From: Candidatus Hermodarchaeota archaeon
GTDB lineage: Archaea; Asgardarchaeota; Hermodarchaeia; Hermodarchaeales; Hermodarchaeaceae
Assembly (NCBI GenBank): GCA_016839805.1
Contig: JAEOTO010000036.1
Coordinates: forward strand, 1 to 64,000
Reading direction: 5' to 3'
DNA length: 64,000 bases
In this document: piece after piece, positions 48,506-59,622 of the stretch
How the letters are laid out: each line of letters opens with the position of its first letter
Position numbering within the stretch: the stretch's first letter is position 1
Notes under the pieces: generated by a model
The model's database searches: none
Told to the model about the DNA's origin: nothing
Seen by the model: only the letters and a program-made list of their open reading frames with translations
Position numbers and translations under genes: made by a program

Positions 48506-49855
48506 ATGAAACAAGAACTTTTCGACCTCGGAGAACACGTCATTCGCGATGCTGAGAAATTAGGGGCCCAACAAGTTGAAGCTTATTTAACATCGAGGAA
48601 ACAAATTCAGATAAGAGTAGAGCAAGGCACGATTAAAACAGCTGAGGAAAAACATGATGTGGGCTGCGCCATTCGAACAGTGATTGGGAAAAAATTAGGT
48701 TTTGCTTTTACTTCAACCATTAACCGATCAGATATTCAGGCAAGCACAAAGGAAGCTGTAAGCCTAGCGAAATTTTCTCTACCAGATAATGAGTTCCACA
48801 GCTTTCCTACCTATTCTGGCTCTTTTCGAACCCTCGATGGAATTTATGATCCGAAAACAACGCAAATCACATCAGAGGCTGCTGTTGAACTCTTATTACG
48901 AGGGATTGATGCCTGTAAAACTAAACTCGGTAAAGAAAAAGCATTGATAGAAGGAGAATTGGACATTCAAGTGACTGAATTAGCGATCATTAACTCCTTA
49001 GACACTTCTGGTTCGTATCGGGATACTTTGATTGAGTTATCTGTGGATCCCACTATAAAATCAGCCAATTCTCAAGCCTCAAGTTTTGAATTTCAAATCT
49101 CGCGTACTCTGACAGAGATTGATCCCGAGTGGATTGGAAGAATTGCTGCAACCAATACGCAGAATTCATTGTACCCCAAAACAATAAAGGATGCGCAACT
49201 TCCTGTAATCTTTACACCAATGGCTTTGGATTTCCTCTTCAGAGTTGGATTAGCTGCAGCATTTAATGCCGAAGAGATCCAAATGGGACGTTCTTATTTA
49301 GCAGAATCCATTGATTGTCAAATTGCTCCATCATATTTCCATCTGAGTGATAACGCATTATTACCTAAAGGGAATCGGTCAAGACCATTTGATGCAGAGG
49401 GGTATCCGTCACAAAATACGGAAATCATCGTAGATGGTGAGCTGAACCATTTTCTCCATAATTCCTATACGGCACATAAAGCTCAACTCGCCAATACAGG
49501 TAATGCAGATCGCTCCTCGTATCAAGAATTTCCTCGAATTGCACCCTCAAATCTAGTAATTACTCCAGGAAAAGGCACTTTGGATGACCTAATCGCTGAA
49601 ATGGGTAGGGGGATTCTCTGCCGATTCACATTTGATAAACCAAATCTGAGCACCGGGGATCTCAGCGCCCTAGTCATGGAAGGTTATTACATAGATAAAG
49701 GTGAGATACAGTATCCTGTGAAAAACACGCTCATCGGTATCAATATGCGTGATTTCTTCCAAGGGATAACACTCATTGGAGCAGACACTCGATCTCTCCA
49801 CACGGTCGTTTCTCCATCGCTCGTGATTGAATCTGCTAAAATTACTTCTGGTTAG
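48506..49855 (+). CDS. pmbA: PmbA/TldE subunit
   Basis: FDAEG, NTGNA motifs, no HExxxH; abuts tldD. Confidence 0.88.
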   Translation: MKQELFDLGEHVIRDAEKLGAQQVEAYLTSRKQIQIRVEQGTIKTAEEKHDVGCAIRTVIGKKLGFAFTSTINRSDIQASTKEAVSLAKFSLPDNEFHSFPTYSGSFRTLDGIYDPKTTQITSEAAVELLLRGIDACKTKLGKEKALIEGELDIQVTELAIINSLDTSGSYRDTLIELSVDPTIKSANSQASSFEFQISRTLTEIDPEWIGRIAATNTQNSLYPKTIKDAQLPVIFTPMALDFLFRVGLAAAFNAEEIQMGRSYLAESIDCQIAPSYFHLSDNALLPKGNRSRPFDAEGYPSQNTEIIVDGELNHFLHNSYTAHKAQLANTGNADRSSYQEFPRIAPSNLVITPGKGTLDDLIAEMGRGILCRFTFDKPNLSTGDLSALVMEGYYIDKGEIQYPVKNTLIGINMRDFFQGITLIGADTRSLHTVVSPSLVIESAKITSG

Positions 49856-49977
49856 AAAGAATTCTTCTTGCGATATCTTCAAGAGGTTTAGAGGATACCG
49901 TTTCGAGCAACTAAGCTTTTTATTCGTGATTTTCAAGTTCTAGGCAAGCAACGCATCCTTTAGCGGGGATTCGAGCT

Positions 49978-52900
49978 ATGAATAAACGACTGAGTGTACT
50001 TGCTATCTGTCTAGTTGCACTGATTTGCACACAAGTTATCCCTCTGAGTTTAACGATGGCCCAAACTCCAGGTGATACTGTGCCAGTTATTGCGGTTCAC
50101 TGGAACCGCCACCAATGGACTGAGGACAATACTTACGATGGTAGTGGCGAGGAGTGGCTCTTTGGTGAGAGCATTGAACTCGTTATCTTTTACGAGAATG
50201 GTACAAACATCGCTGATAACGACTATGAAGTCAATCGTGATGAACTAGTTAATTTTACTCTGATAATTCCCACCCGGTTCTTTGAAGGCGATCGTGAACT
50301 CGAACAAGCGTCGGTGGGAGCGAATATGGGAACGATGAACATGTCTGCCGACATGCACATTAGCTATAACGTACCCCGAGATGAATGGTATGTTTTCAGT
50401 GCTATTCACGAGATGGGAAAAACAGAACCACCGGGACCAACCGAGTTTTTCGACTTTAACAGTCAATTAAGCGGAATCACTACCGTCGGTGAATACTTCG
50501 TTGTCAACTTTGTCGGCACCTTCAACACCGATTCCCCACGTGGTGTCTATCAAACCTACGCTGATGCCATGGACAACGCCAGTAACTTCATTCATCCCGC
50601 CTTCTTTTCAACCCAACCAGGGGAATATCCACTTCCCCCTATTGCCCTCGACTGCTCCCTCGATGACAGGATGGGAACCTGGCATAAACCACCCGAATAC
50701 GATTTACGGGTTTTAAACGAAACCTATCATCCTGTGCAGTTCATCGATGCCGGTGAATATGTCTACTTCGAACTTACCATGGACAAAGAAATCGGGTTTG
50801 CGGCATTTGACTTAGGACCAGTAGCATCATGGGACCAGCGTCAATACCTCAAGAACGTCACCCAGTGGTGGCCTGATGACTGGTGTAACCCAGACACAAC
50901 CTGGACCACTAACCAGTGGGAAGAACCTCCTCGTCTTGGCTTCTTCTACAATGCCTCAGCTGCTCCCCCCAACGATATTGGTGCATTCATCTTCTACACC
51001 AATACCTCCTTTGTCTGGCGTGATGATGAATATGGATATTACGGCTGGGAAAGCTACGCAGATCCCATCATTGACACTACAGGAATGCTTTCAGACTTCT
51101 TCAACTTCCACATAGCAGGAAGTCAAGCCGTAGATCCTTATACAGTGAAGTGGAAAGGTAGTTTTACTAATCTTGTTTGTAATCGCACAGAATATCCAAT
51201 GTATGGTCCGCCTAAGGTCAAATATGGAACCACATTCCATGTATGGCCTCATGACCTCCGGTTCTGGGGTACACAAGATATTGAGGGATTCTTCGCAGAG
51301 CCAAGCTTTGAGTTCATGCAATCCAACGGTCTTGTACTTGCCTTTAACGATATTCTTATCCAAGCCTGGCTTCAGGAATACGGTACATCCACACCCCTCG
51401 AAAGCATTCATCAAGATGACTGGTTCACGGTATCGATGGATATCCATGCACCCATTGAACTCTTCAACTATACATCAGGTCCCTATGAAGTAGATCCAAT
51501 TATGCATGTTTGGCGTAATGATACGCTGCTACTGGACAATATTTCACTGAGAATAGATGGCTACACTAATGGTTGGAACGATACCCACAATTGGAATGCC
51601 TACACCAACATCGAATTTACTATCGATGTAGAAACCTTGATGCTCATCGATCAGTATTGCTTCATTCAGAACTCAACTTATCGTACATATGATTGGGTTC
51701 TAGTTGACGATGTGTGGATAGATTCGAATTCAGGACTCACTGATTTAATCGCCGTTACTAACGTGCAGCTGAATCTTGGTACAGATTATTCATTCTTACA
51801 ATTCGATGCACAGTTACTATCCAATACTCCTGACGGAGACTACCACTTCTGGGATTTCCTTATCGATCAATACTTCATTGACCAACACAACCAAACTGGT
51901 ATTTGGGAGACCTACATCTATCCACAGTCCGACTTCTTTATGGGCGGACAAGTTCACTGGGCTCCTAACTTCTTCATTCTAGGGAATGCTTGGAAGTGGA
52001 TTCCTGAACCCTGGACAGTAACCGATGAAGGGGCCTTAGACCTCGATGGTAATCTCGACACGACTTATGATCAATACTTTGTCAAGCGGGTTCACTATTG
52101 GCACGATGAATGGAACCGTACAGAGGATTCCATGCATGTTGACATTATGTTTGATCCCACTGCAAGAAGGGAGTGGCACCCTGACGGTGACGAATTCCAA
52201 TCCCACAATTGGATGGGACTGATGACCGAAGAACTCACCTACACCTGGAACGAGACCTTCTATTGGTTCCACACAGATATGACACCGGTCAATGCTTCGG
52301 AATTGGTTACCATTCGAGACGTCGTCTGGCACGATGTGGCAGAACAGATACCAGCACCAGGTTATGATATGATTTCCTGGATGACACTCAACCGAACGTG
52401 GCAGGATTTGTTAGATGAATGGTGGTGGCTTGGTGATAACACCTGGGAGTGGTCCTGGTTTGGCTTTAGCACTGACCAGAACTTCAATCTGGCCACAGAA
52501 GAGAACTCAATGATTTGGGCTCACTTCCGATCCGAATTCGCAGGATTACTCATCTTCATTGACAATGTAACCATCAATGGAGGTAACGGCGTTCCTGACT
52601 TTAATGTCCATGATGGCTTCGTTGATACGAGCGAAGTCAGTCACTACTTCCTCGTCGATCATGTTGGAGATATCGAATTCACTTATCCTTTCGGTTCCAC
52701 TGAAGACACCGGCGAAGAGATCATCATGGTACACAGCGGTTACGACGAAAGCATCGATTTTGGTGTAAGAATCACGGAAGTAAACGGCACTCTCTTTCCA
52801 GTCCACACAGCAGTTGGCACTGGCATCAAAGGCTGCTGGGACTACTATCAATCAGCTGAGGGTCTAATCGGTATTGATAACTCCGACTTCGACCACATCC

Positions 52901-53634
52901 TATCTACATCAACCATTGATGAAATCGCTTTTGATGTCCACTATCACTTACACCTCCCGAATACTCCAGAAAACCTCGATCCCAACAACAACCTCATCCA
53001 AATTAAAGTCGACCAATACATTGGCGATTGGACACTGCACCACTTTGACAACTCTGTCCTTGAAGGTCGTGGACTTGCCATTACCTACTTTGGTTCACTC
53101 GGAACCCAAACCTACGCCGAATTCAGCGTGGACGACACACCTGTTGCAAGCAACAACGACGACAGCCAAATCGGTGACATGTATCGCTTTGGTGCTGAAG
53201 GTCGAACCTTTGCAGCCGTACAAATGGGCAGTCAAGTCTATGATTGGGGCAAAGACGGTCAGACCTATACCTGTGATGCAGCCACAGTTCCAATGGGTGC
53301 TTTTAGTGCGATGTTCTACTCACAAAGTGGAAAGAGCGTTACACACTGGGAAATGGATACCAGTTACTTCTTCATGCTCTCAGGATTCACTCACTGGGAT
53401 GGTTACTCTATTAATAACGATCCGAGCTTCGGAATCTACACTAGTGCCTTGAACATGATTGTTGGTCCACCACCCGGTGCCGATCCATTTGACATGTTAA
53501 TGGGCATTTTATTTGTAGGGATCACACTCTTAGTAATTGTGATTATCGTGGTCGCAATGAATATTCGCCGCCGTGGAAAAGGCACCACAAAGGGTTCTAG
53601 CAAGCCAGTGGACGATTATTGGGCTAAACAATAG
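49978..53634 (+). CDS. 1218-aa secreted, acidic, Trp-rich surface protein with C-terminal TM anchor
   Basis: Signal peptide, many sequons, DLDGNLD motif, NNDPS.G before PPPG linker, TM helix and RRR. Confidence 0.8.
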   Translation: MNKRLSVLAICLVALICTQVIPLSLTMAQTPGDTVPVIAVHWNRHQWTEDNTYDGSGEEWLFGESIELVIFYENGTNIADNDYEVNRDELVNFTLIIPTRFFEGDRELEQASVGANMGTMNMSADMHISYNVPRDEWYVFSAIHEMGKTEPPGPTEFFDFNSQLSGITTVGEYFVVNFVGTFNTDSPRGVYQTYADAMDNASNFIHPAFFSTQPGEYPLPPIALDCSLDDRMGTWHKPPEYDLRVLNETYHPVQFIDAGEYVYFELTMDKEIGFAAFDLGPVASWDQRQYLKNVTQWWPDDWCNPDTTWTTNQWEEPPRLGFFYNASAAPPNDIGAFIFYTNTSFVWRDDEYGYYGWESYADPIIDTTGMLSDFFNFHIAGSQAVDPYTVKWKGSFTNLVCNRTEYPMYGPPKVKYGTTFHVWPHDLRFWGTQDIEGFFAEPSFEFMQSNGLVLAFNDILIQAWLQEYGTSTPLESIHQDDWFTVSMDIHAPIELFNYTSGPYEVDPIMHVWRNDTLLLDNISLRIDGYTNGWNDTHNWNAYTNIEFTIDVETLMLIDQYCFIQNSTYRTYDWVLVDDVWIDSNSGLTDLIAVTNVQLNLGTDYSFLQFDAQLLSNTPDGDYHFWDFLIDQYFIDQHNQTGIWETYIYPQSDFFMGGQVHWAPNFFILGNAWKWIPEPWTVTDEGALDLDGNLDTTYDQYFVKRVHYWHDEWNRTEDSMHVDIMFDPTARREWHPDGDEFQSHNWMGLMTEELTYTWNETFYWFHTDMTPVNASELVTIRDVVWHDVAEQIPAPGYDMISWMTLNRTWQDLLDEWWWLGDNTWEWSWFGFSTDQNFNLATEENSMIWAHFRSEFAGLLIFIDNVTINGGNGVPDFNVHDGFVDTSEVSHYFLVDHVGDIEFTYPFGSTEDTGEEIIMVHSGYDESIDFGVRITEVNGTLFPVHTAVGTGIKGCWDYYQSAEGLIGIDNSDFDHILSTSTIDEIAFDVHYHLHLPNTPENLDPNNNLIQIKVDQYIGDWTLHHFDNSVLEGRGLAITYFGSLGTQTYAEFSVDDTPVASNNDDSQIGDMYRFGAEGRTFAAVQMGSQVYDWGKDGQTYTCDAATVPMGAFSAMFYSQSGKSVTHWEMDTSYFFMLSGFTHWDGYSINNDPSFGIYTSALNMIVGPPPGADPFDMLMGILFVGITLLVIVIIVVAMNIRRRGKGTTKGSSKPVDDYWAKQ

Positions 53635-53663
53635 CAATTCAACTTGTGTACCTACTTAGGTAC

Positions 53664-53700
53664 AGGGGACCTCTGGTCCCTAAATCCCCTTTTTTTTTCT
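53664..53700 (+). terminator. Hairpin + long T-tract terminator
   Basis: GGGACC-TCT-GGTCCC...CCCCTTTTTTTTT. Confidence 0.55.
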
Positions 53701-53709
53701 GTGCTAAGA

Positions 53710-54807
53710 TTAAGGTAGGGGAATTGGAGTAGGAATGAAGACTTGGAAGAATATCCAATAGAATCCCGCTTGGAGAAGGCAAAGAAATACGAAGGAAACT
53801 GCAATGGCAAGGACATGTTGTAGAGGTTTTGGACGCTGGATATTGTAGGTTACATATGCATAGATGACAAGCCACCCAAAGAGGAAGATGGTGCTTGGAA
53901 CCTGCCATAGTATAAACGCAAATGGCGCTAACGAGGTATTGATCTGAATAATTCGGTCAGCGACTGATAGTTCTCCAAATCCTGGCAGGAATATCCCTAA
54001 GATAGAGTTGACATAGATCCGGGATGCAACGAAATAGAGTCCCAAAAGAAAAATGAGGACATAGCCTGAGGAAATGATGACTTGGCGGATGGTATCAGTT
54101 TTTCCATTGATTGCTGCTGTCATCACAGGCATGATTAACCAGGCGGCAAAGATGTTGAAGCCCATGGTCAAAAGATATGGCCAACCCGGAACAGGTATAA
54201 ATCCCAACATCATGGTTGGCTCAATCCACATATTAGACCATGCTACGACTTGACCTCCTAAGAAGAATGAGACAGCAAGTGTGAGAAGAGCAAAGATAAC
54301 AGGTGTTAGGAGGTAACTGTTTCCCAGATATTGTGCACCTACGACTCGACTGGGTCGTGACACTGTTTCACGCACAAATCGTCCTTGGTTTTTAATGCTA
54401 AATTTTCGTCCCTCGCCTAACCACCATAAATTGTCAACGATGATACGTTCGGCCTCGTCAGCAAAAGGTAGGAATTTTGATCGGTCGACTTTCGGATCAT
54501 CATGTTCGCCGTAATGTAAGATCCAGTAGTCTCGAATCCGTGCAATAACATCGATGGCATCTTTATCAGGAAGCTTGATATTGACGGTTGCAGCGAAAAG
54601 GAGGGTTTCACTTTCCTGAAAGATGAGCTTGAGGTCCTCCATCTCAAATTTTTGGATCATTTCTGCATGAGTGTCTCTTGTGAAATGATAGAGTGCGGTG
54701 ATGAGGCCTGAAGAAAGGTCAGGATCGGTAGTTGTGGTTCCTTTGATGTAGGTTCGTTCAAAGAGTAGTGGTCCATTCTTACTTATGACGTACAATTGGT
54801 GAATCAG
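53710..54807 (-). CDS. Longin domain fused to a Yip1-like 5-TM domain
   Basis: (L)IHQLYVISKNGPLLF...LSSGLITALYHFT longin; C-terminal 5 TM with SRP, G...IISSGY and W..IYAY patterns. CTG 54807 after GGGGTGG preferred; track start is TTG 54795. Confidence 0.7.
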   Translation of the reverse strand: MIHQLYVISKNGPLLFERTYIKGTTTTDPDLSSGLITALYHFTRDTHAEMIQKFEMEDLKLIFQESETLLFAATVNIKLPDKDAIDVIARIRDYWILHYGEHDDPKVDRSKFLPFADEAERIIVDNLWWLGEGRKFSIKNQGRFVRETVSRPSRVVGAQYLGNSYLLTPVIFALLTLAVSFFLGGQVVAWSNMWIEPTMMLGFIPVPGWPYLLTMGFNIFAAWLIMPVMTAAINGKTDTIRQVIISSGYVLIFLLGLYFVASRIYVNSILGIFLPGFGELSVADRIIQINTSLAPFAFILWQVPSTIFLFGWLVIYAYVTYNIQRPKPLQHVLAIAVSFVFLCLLQAGFYWIFFQVFIPTPIPLP

Positions 54808-54895
54808 GTCTTTCCACCCCTTAATAGCTGGAAATAATTTAGCCTTAAAGATACTTTACGAACTGTATTCAAAAATCTGCCGTGACTGGATATTG

Positions 54896-55960
54896 TCATT
54901 CAATAACGCCTGTGATTCGTGCAAGGCGTTCAGCTGCTTTCTCAGTCAGTCCCCGTTTTCCCAAAATGGTATACCGTGAAGGATTAATTGTATGTGCAAC
55001 ATTTAGGGCTTCAATGATATAGTCATTTTTGAATCCTAATTCTTTGGCGGTAGTTGGAGCACCTATTGTAGTGAGGGTGTCACGAATTTCTTGCCAATTA
55101 ATTTCATGCAAGTAACCCATTAGAATTGTACCAATACCACATTGTTCACCGTGGAGGGCTGGTTTGGGGGCAATACGGTCAAGGGCGTGACTAAATTTGT
55201 GTTCGGCTCCACTAGCCGGGCGGCTTGATCCAGCGATGCCCATGGCAATGCCACTAGCAATTAACGCTTCTAGGACAAGTCGCACGCTTTGTTCATCATT
55301 TGGTTTGATTGTTGTGGCATTCTCCATAATGATATTTGCACCCATCAGAGAAAGCGAGGCAGCATACTCTCCATAATATTCATATCCTAGGGTATGAGCA
55401 AGTTTCCAATCTCTAACAGCAGTAATCTTTGAAATGAGATCTCCACAACCAGCTGCTGTGAACCGGTAGGGTGCCTGTGCGACAATTCGTGTATCAGCAA
55501 CAACGGCAATCGGTGATTGACCATCAATAGAAATCGATGTTCCTCCCTTTTTGATTGATGCTCGTGGACTGGATATCCCATCATGGGCTGCAGAGGTTGG
55601 TACGCTGATAAAGGGCTGGTTTTCCCTCGTTGAACACAGTTTTGCTGTATCGATTACGGAACCGCCCCCAACGCCTACAACTACTCCGGCACTATGTTTA
55701 CGAATGTTCTCACAGGATTTTTCAACCGCACTCTCCGTTGCTTTTTCAATGTGAACAACTTCCACGCTGAACCTCCCTTTTTCCAAAGCTGCAATCGCGT
55801 CTTCACCCACAATTTTCATCAGGTCCTTATTCGTAATCAATACAGACCGCCGCGTGGAAACAACTCTTTGTGCGACTTCACCCAGCTGCTGTACAACACC
55901 TGATCCAATAACAACTTCACCAGGGAGTTGCATCCGATGAGCCTTATCTTCCATTGACAT
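54896..55960 (-). CDS. egsA: sn-glycerol-1-phosphate dehydrogenase
   Basis: GGGSVID, PTSAAHDGISS, SSRPASGAEHKFSH, LHGEQCG motifs. Confidence 0.97.
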   Translation of the reverse strand: MSMEDKAHRMQLPGEVVIGSGVVQQLGEVAQRVVSTRRSVLITNKDLMKIVGEDAIAALEKGRFSVEVVHIEKATESAVEKSCENIRKHSAGVVVGVGGGSVIDTAKLCSTRENQPFISVPTSAAHDGISSPRASIKKGGTSISIDGQSPIAVVADTRIVAQAPYRFTAAGCGDLISKITAVRDWKLAHTLGYEYYGEYAASLSLMGANIIMENATTIKPNDEQSVRLVLEALIASGIAMGIAGSSRPASGAEHKFSHALDRIAPKPALHGEQCGIGTILMGYLHEINWQEIRDTLTTIGAPTTAKELGFKNDYIIEALNVAHTINPSRYTILGKRGLTEKAAERLARITGVIE

Positions 55961-56096
55961 CTGCGTTCCTCTCTTGATATCTAAATTCGGGATTGCTATT
56001 CATGTAATTCTATTAAGAGATATCTCCTAATTTCACTTATCAAGTTCTTTTTATGCTGAACGCTTCTCATCGATTCAATACCTGAATATTAGCTTA

Positions 56097-56447
56097 CTAT
56101 ACCTGCTTCGAATAGTTGAGCTTTAAATCAGCTAACCTCGCTTCTAGTGTTTTTTTGTCATCTAGTGAAATATTCTCACCGAGATGGGTAAGTAGTGATT
56201 CAAATGAATCAATCGCTGCTCGAGCTTGATCGAGATCTTTGTCAATCTCTTGTGTTTGGGGATTCACAATTAGTCCCATTTTTTGCCATGCAAGTGATTC
56301 AAAGAGACTCATACTAAATTGCATAATCTGCCAAACAGGCAATGCTCGGAGGTCCACAAACGTTGTTTCACCGGTTTCCTCAGATTTTTTTTCCTTTTTT
56401 TCCACGTCCTTGGGCATTGGTTTCACCGACATGATCACATCTTTCAA
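56097..56447 (-). CDS. DUF1844-like protein
   Basis: AWQKMGL..NP....DLDQARAAID...LKLNY. Confidence 0.8.
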   Translation of the reverse strand: MKDVIMSVKPMPKDVEKKEKKSEETGETTFVDLRALPVWQIMQFSMSLFESLAWQKMGLIVNPQTQEIDKDLDQARAAIDSFESLLTHLGENISLDDKKTLEARLADLKLNYSKQV

Positions 56448-56480
56448 TCAAAGTTAGCCCGCTAAAAAGGTTACTTCCCA

Positions 56481-57635
56481 CTAGCTATTACGACTGATTT
56501 TCATCATTCGCCAGGTGCGATAATCGACCAAGACTCGTATAAAGCCGCTCAAAATTTTATCGACATCTGAATCGCCGGTATCGATGTGAAGACCTCGCTC
56601 AGCAAGACTGCTGACTTTACTGTGCGTAGCTATTACTAGAATTTGCTCCGGTGGAATACGACGAATAATATTTGGACTAATCTGTTGATTCCCACGACCA
56701 AATAACATCCCTTGGTTCCCAATGGGAGAAACAATAACCCAGGCTTGAAGAAAATCGGGGACAAGCTCAAGTAATTGTTGTTCATTCACGTCCAGGTGAA
56801 CATTTCCATTCACATACAAGTCCACGCCTAAAAGCGTCTTCTTAATTCCCAATGCCTTCGCTACGGCTCGGACAGTAGAACCTGGTCCAAAAATATATGC
56901 ATCGCCTTCAACCATATCCTCAACGATAGTACGAGCTACTGCCTCTTGATTATCCTGTTCATTCACCGTGGTTGGCGATGTTAATTTTGCGCCTGGCATT
57001 CGAGCGGGAACGAGAGGTCCTCGAAGATACCCATACAATTTGACAACGAATTGGTCCTGCCGAATCGCTTCTTCATCTGCATCCATGACCTCAAAGAGCT
57101 CCTCCAAGGTTTCCTCTTCCAACCATTCAACCAATACACCTGCTGCGGCATCCGGAGAAAACGCAAAAATCCCACTATACATTTTCACTCCTGCAGGGAC
57201 TCCTAAGACCAACATGTTTTCCTTTTCCTTTAATGCATCTAAGATGTCCCGAGCTGTACCATCACCACCCACAAATATAATGAGATCTACGTCGCGTTCA
57301 CAGAATAACTCTACAGCCTTCTGGGTGTCCTCAGCTTTCGTAATTAGTTCCAGTCCTATTGGAATGACCTCAGGAGTAAATCCCGCTTCACGCAACACTC
57401 CTGCTCCCATGGGTTCTGGACATGTTACCCATTCAACATCATCCTCCTTGCGACGCAATCGCAGAAATGCCTTCAAGAATTGTTTCGCTCGGTTCGAGGC
57501 AACTGGCTTAGCGCCCAAGCGTTCAGCCGCTTCTACCATTCCATCTGTACCTTTCAGGCCAACGCGTCCTCCCATTCCTGCAATGGGATTAATTAAGAAA
57601 CCTAGTCGTCGACGCGTTTTTGCCTTACTCGACAC
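56481..57635 (-). CDS. ATP-NAD kinase family protein
   Basis: NPIAGMGGRVGLKGTD, GGDGTARD, GVKMYS, GRGNQQ motifs. Confidence 0.9.
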   Translation of the reverse strand: MSSKAKTRRRLGFLINPIAGMGGRVGLKGTDGMVEAAERLGAKPVASNRAKQFLKAFLRLRRKEDDVEWVTCPEPMGAGVLREAGFTPEVIPIGLELITKAEDTQKAVELFCERDVDLIIFVGGDGTARDILDALKEKENMLVLGVPAGVKMYSGIFAFSPDAAAGVLVEWLEEETLEELFEVMDADEEAIRQDQFVVKLYGYLRGPLVPARMPGAKLTSPTTVNEQDNQEAVARTIVEDMVEGDAYIFGPGSTVRAVAKALGIKKTLLGVDLYVNGNVHLDVNEQQLLELVPDFLQAWVIVSPIGNQGMLFGRGNQQISPNIIRRIPPEQILVIATHSKVSSLAERGLHIDTGDSDVDKILSGFIRVLVDYRTWRMMKISRNS

Positions 57636-57792
57636 ATTGAATCCTTCCTAACCAGAACCCTTCCTAACCTGAAATAACCTTTGCCCTCCACCAATGGGGA
57701 ATACTAGTGGTCTTGCATGAATTAACGCCGTTAATAAATGCATATACTTTATTAACTCAACCCCAACACCTGTTCGACGGTGCTGAATAACC

Positions 57793-58437
57793 ATGGAAGC
57801 CACTGGAATGCCATTAATAGGCGATAAAGCCCCAAGTTTCGAAGTACAAACCACCCATGGTAAAATAAAATTCCCTGATGACTACAAGGGTAAATGGGTT
57901 GTGCTCTTCAGCCACCCTGCAGATTTTACACCTGTGTGTACAACAGAGTTCTGGGCTTTTCAAAAACGCTTTGATGAATTCAAGAAACTGAATACCGAAC
58001 TCATTGGACTCAGTGTGGATAGTGTCTTTTCACACATCAAATGGGTCGAATGGATTGGCGAAAAATTCGGAGAAGAAATCAAGTTTCCGGTCATTGCTGA
58101 TGATACTGGTAAAATTGCCCGGCTGATGGGCATGATTCATCCTAATCGTAGTCAAGTTACGGTTCGTGCCGTCTTCTTTATCGATCCTGAAAGCAAAATC
58201 CGTGCAATTATTTACTATCCACCCGAGTTGGGTCGGAATTTTGATGAAATCTTACGCGTGATTAAAGCCTTTCAGATTGCTGATGAGAAGGGTGTTGCGA
58301 TGCCAGCGAATTGGCCTGAAAATGAGCTCATCAAAGACCGGGTGATTATACCCCCTGCATCAGATGTCAAAGCAGCCAAACAACGACTGAAAGACTATGA
58401 GTGTTATGACTGGTGGTTCTGCCACAAAGAAGCATAA
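57793..58437 (+). CDS. Peroxiredoxin (archaeal Prx6 type)
   Basis: [12 protein letters not shown] and C-terminal CYDWWFC. Confidence 0.95.
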   Translation: MEATGMPLIGDKAPSFEVQTTHGKIKFPDDYKGKWVVLFSHPADFTPVCTTEFWAFQKRFDEFKKLNTELIGLSVDSVFSHIKWVEWIGEKFGEEIKFPVIADDTGKIARLMGMIHPNRSQVTVRAVFFIDPESKIRAIIYYPPELGRNFDEILRVIKAFQIADEKGVAMPANWPENELIKDRVIIPPASDVKAAKQRLKDYECYDWWFCHKEA

Positions 58438-58471
58438 GAAGTGTGGATCTCTGGTTTCTACTTCTCTTTTT

Positions 58472-59011
58472 TTAGTTATCTTGGGATTGTTGTTTTTTCT
58501 TCTTCGGTGGTTCCTGAGTTGAGACAATGGCTTGATAGGAGCGGACTTGTCCTGGTTTTCGGATTCGCTCCTCTGGTTTCATTTTTAATTGATGGTAAAC
58601 ATCTGGAATTACCACCACTATACTAAGTAATGCAAACCCCATTTGCAGGAGTCCGTTAAACATCAGAATAAGACTGGGTCCAAAAAAGGAAGATTGACCT
58701 TGTCCGATAGGAAACATAATCGGCCAACCTAGTACAAAGGGGACAAGATAGAAACCTAGCCCTATTAATAGAAGGATGCCACTGCCGCTCAGAATTCTAT
58801 TGGCAGCATATTCGGTTCCCGTAAAAATCCCCTCAATAATTAAAACATAGGCTCCATATAGTGATAGTGCCAGTCCAATAAAGGCGAGAATGTAGTAGAT
58901 TGCTGGGATTAAAGAGAGGAGAAGACCCCCAATCAGGGCAATTCCTACGCCACCTAGAAAAAATAGTTCACCTCGAATAAATTGACGAACGTTTTGTGCC
59001 ATAAACCTCAC
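58472..59011 (-). CDS. Hypothetical membrane protein
   Basis: About 5 TM segments with a basic tail. Confidence 0.65.
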   Translation of the reverse strand: MRFMAQNVRQFIRGELFFLGGVGIALIGGLLLSLIPAIYYILAFIGLALSLYGAYVLIIEGIFTGTEYAANRILSGSGILLLIGLGFYLVPFVLGWPIMFPIGQGQSSFFGPSLILMFNGLLQMGFALLSIVVVIPDVYHQLKMKPEERIRKPGQVRSYQAIVSTQEPPKKKKQQSQDN

Positions 59012-59088
59012 TCACCTTCTTGTACTCAATGTTCTAAGTAAAAACCTTCTCTTTTCAGAACAACATATAACAGTGGCATCGGATTGAA

Positions 59089-59484
59089 TTAGTCCTCTAT
59101 TTCCACTAATTCTTCATCATCAGGTCGCCAATAAGGATTAACGATGCAAATGAAGACGATATCAGAGGTACCCGTGTTTTCCAAGAATTGTGTAGCCTTT
59201 GGTGGAATGTAGATGAGTGAACCCGGACCCACTTCCTTCGTTTCAGCATCAACGTGCATAAGACCTCTGCCCTGAAGAATATAATACACCTCTGAAGCTT
59301 TTATGAGGCGATGTGGTAAAGACGTTTTTCCAACCGGGATAATAGCATGAGCGATACTATACCCTAGATGAAATTTACTGCCATCGTGAAGGGGGTTTAG
59401 GAGTTCACGAAGAATGGTTCCATCTAACGCTGTGATGACCTTACAATCCCTGAGTTTTCGTAGAAACAATAAATCAGCCTCCAT
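59089..59484 (-). CDS. Cupin domain protein
   Basis: PH.L...EVYYILQG.G and IYIPP motifs. Confidence 0.88.
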   Translation of the reverse strand: MEADLLFLRKLRDCKVITALDGTILRELLNPLHDGSKFHLGYSIAHAIIPVGKTSLPHRLIKASEVYYILQGRGLMHVDAETKEVGPGSLIYIPPKATQFLENTGTSDIVFICIVNPYWRPDDEELVEIED

Positions 59485-59622
59485 ATCACACTCATTTTGT
59501 GTTTAAGTTCTAATGATTTTCTCTATACCTCTAAGCAGGGTTATCGATAAGATTTTGAATCATGGAACGATAAAAAGACGGGGATACTTAGCGGATTTTC
59601 CTCTCTTTGAGGGATACTGAAA

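Noticed and set aside
56968-57651. 227-aa antisense ORF
   Set aside because: Shadow of the ATP-NAD kinase gene.
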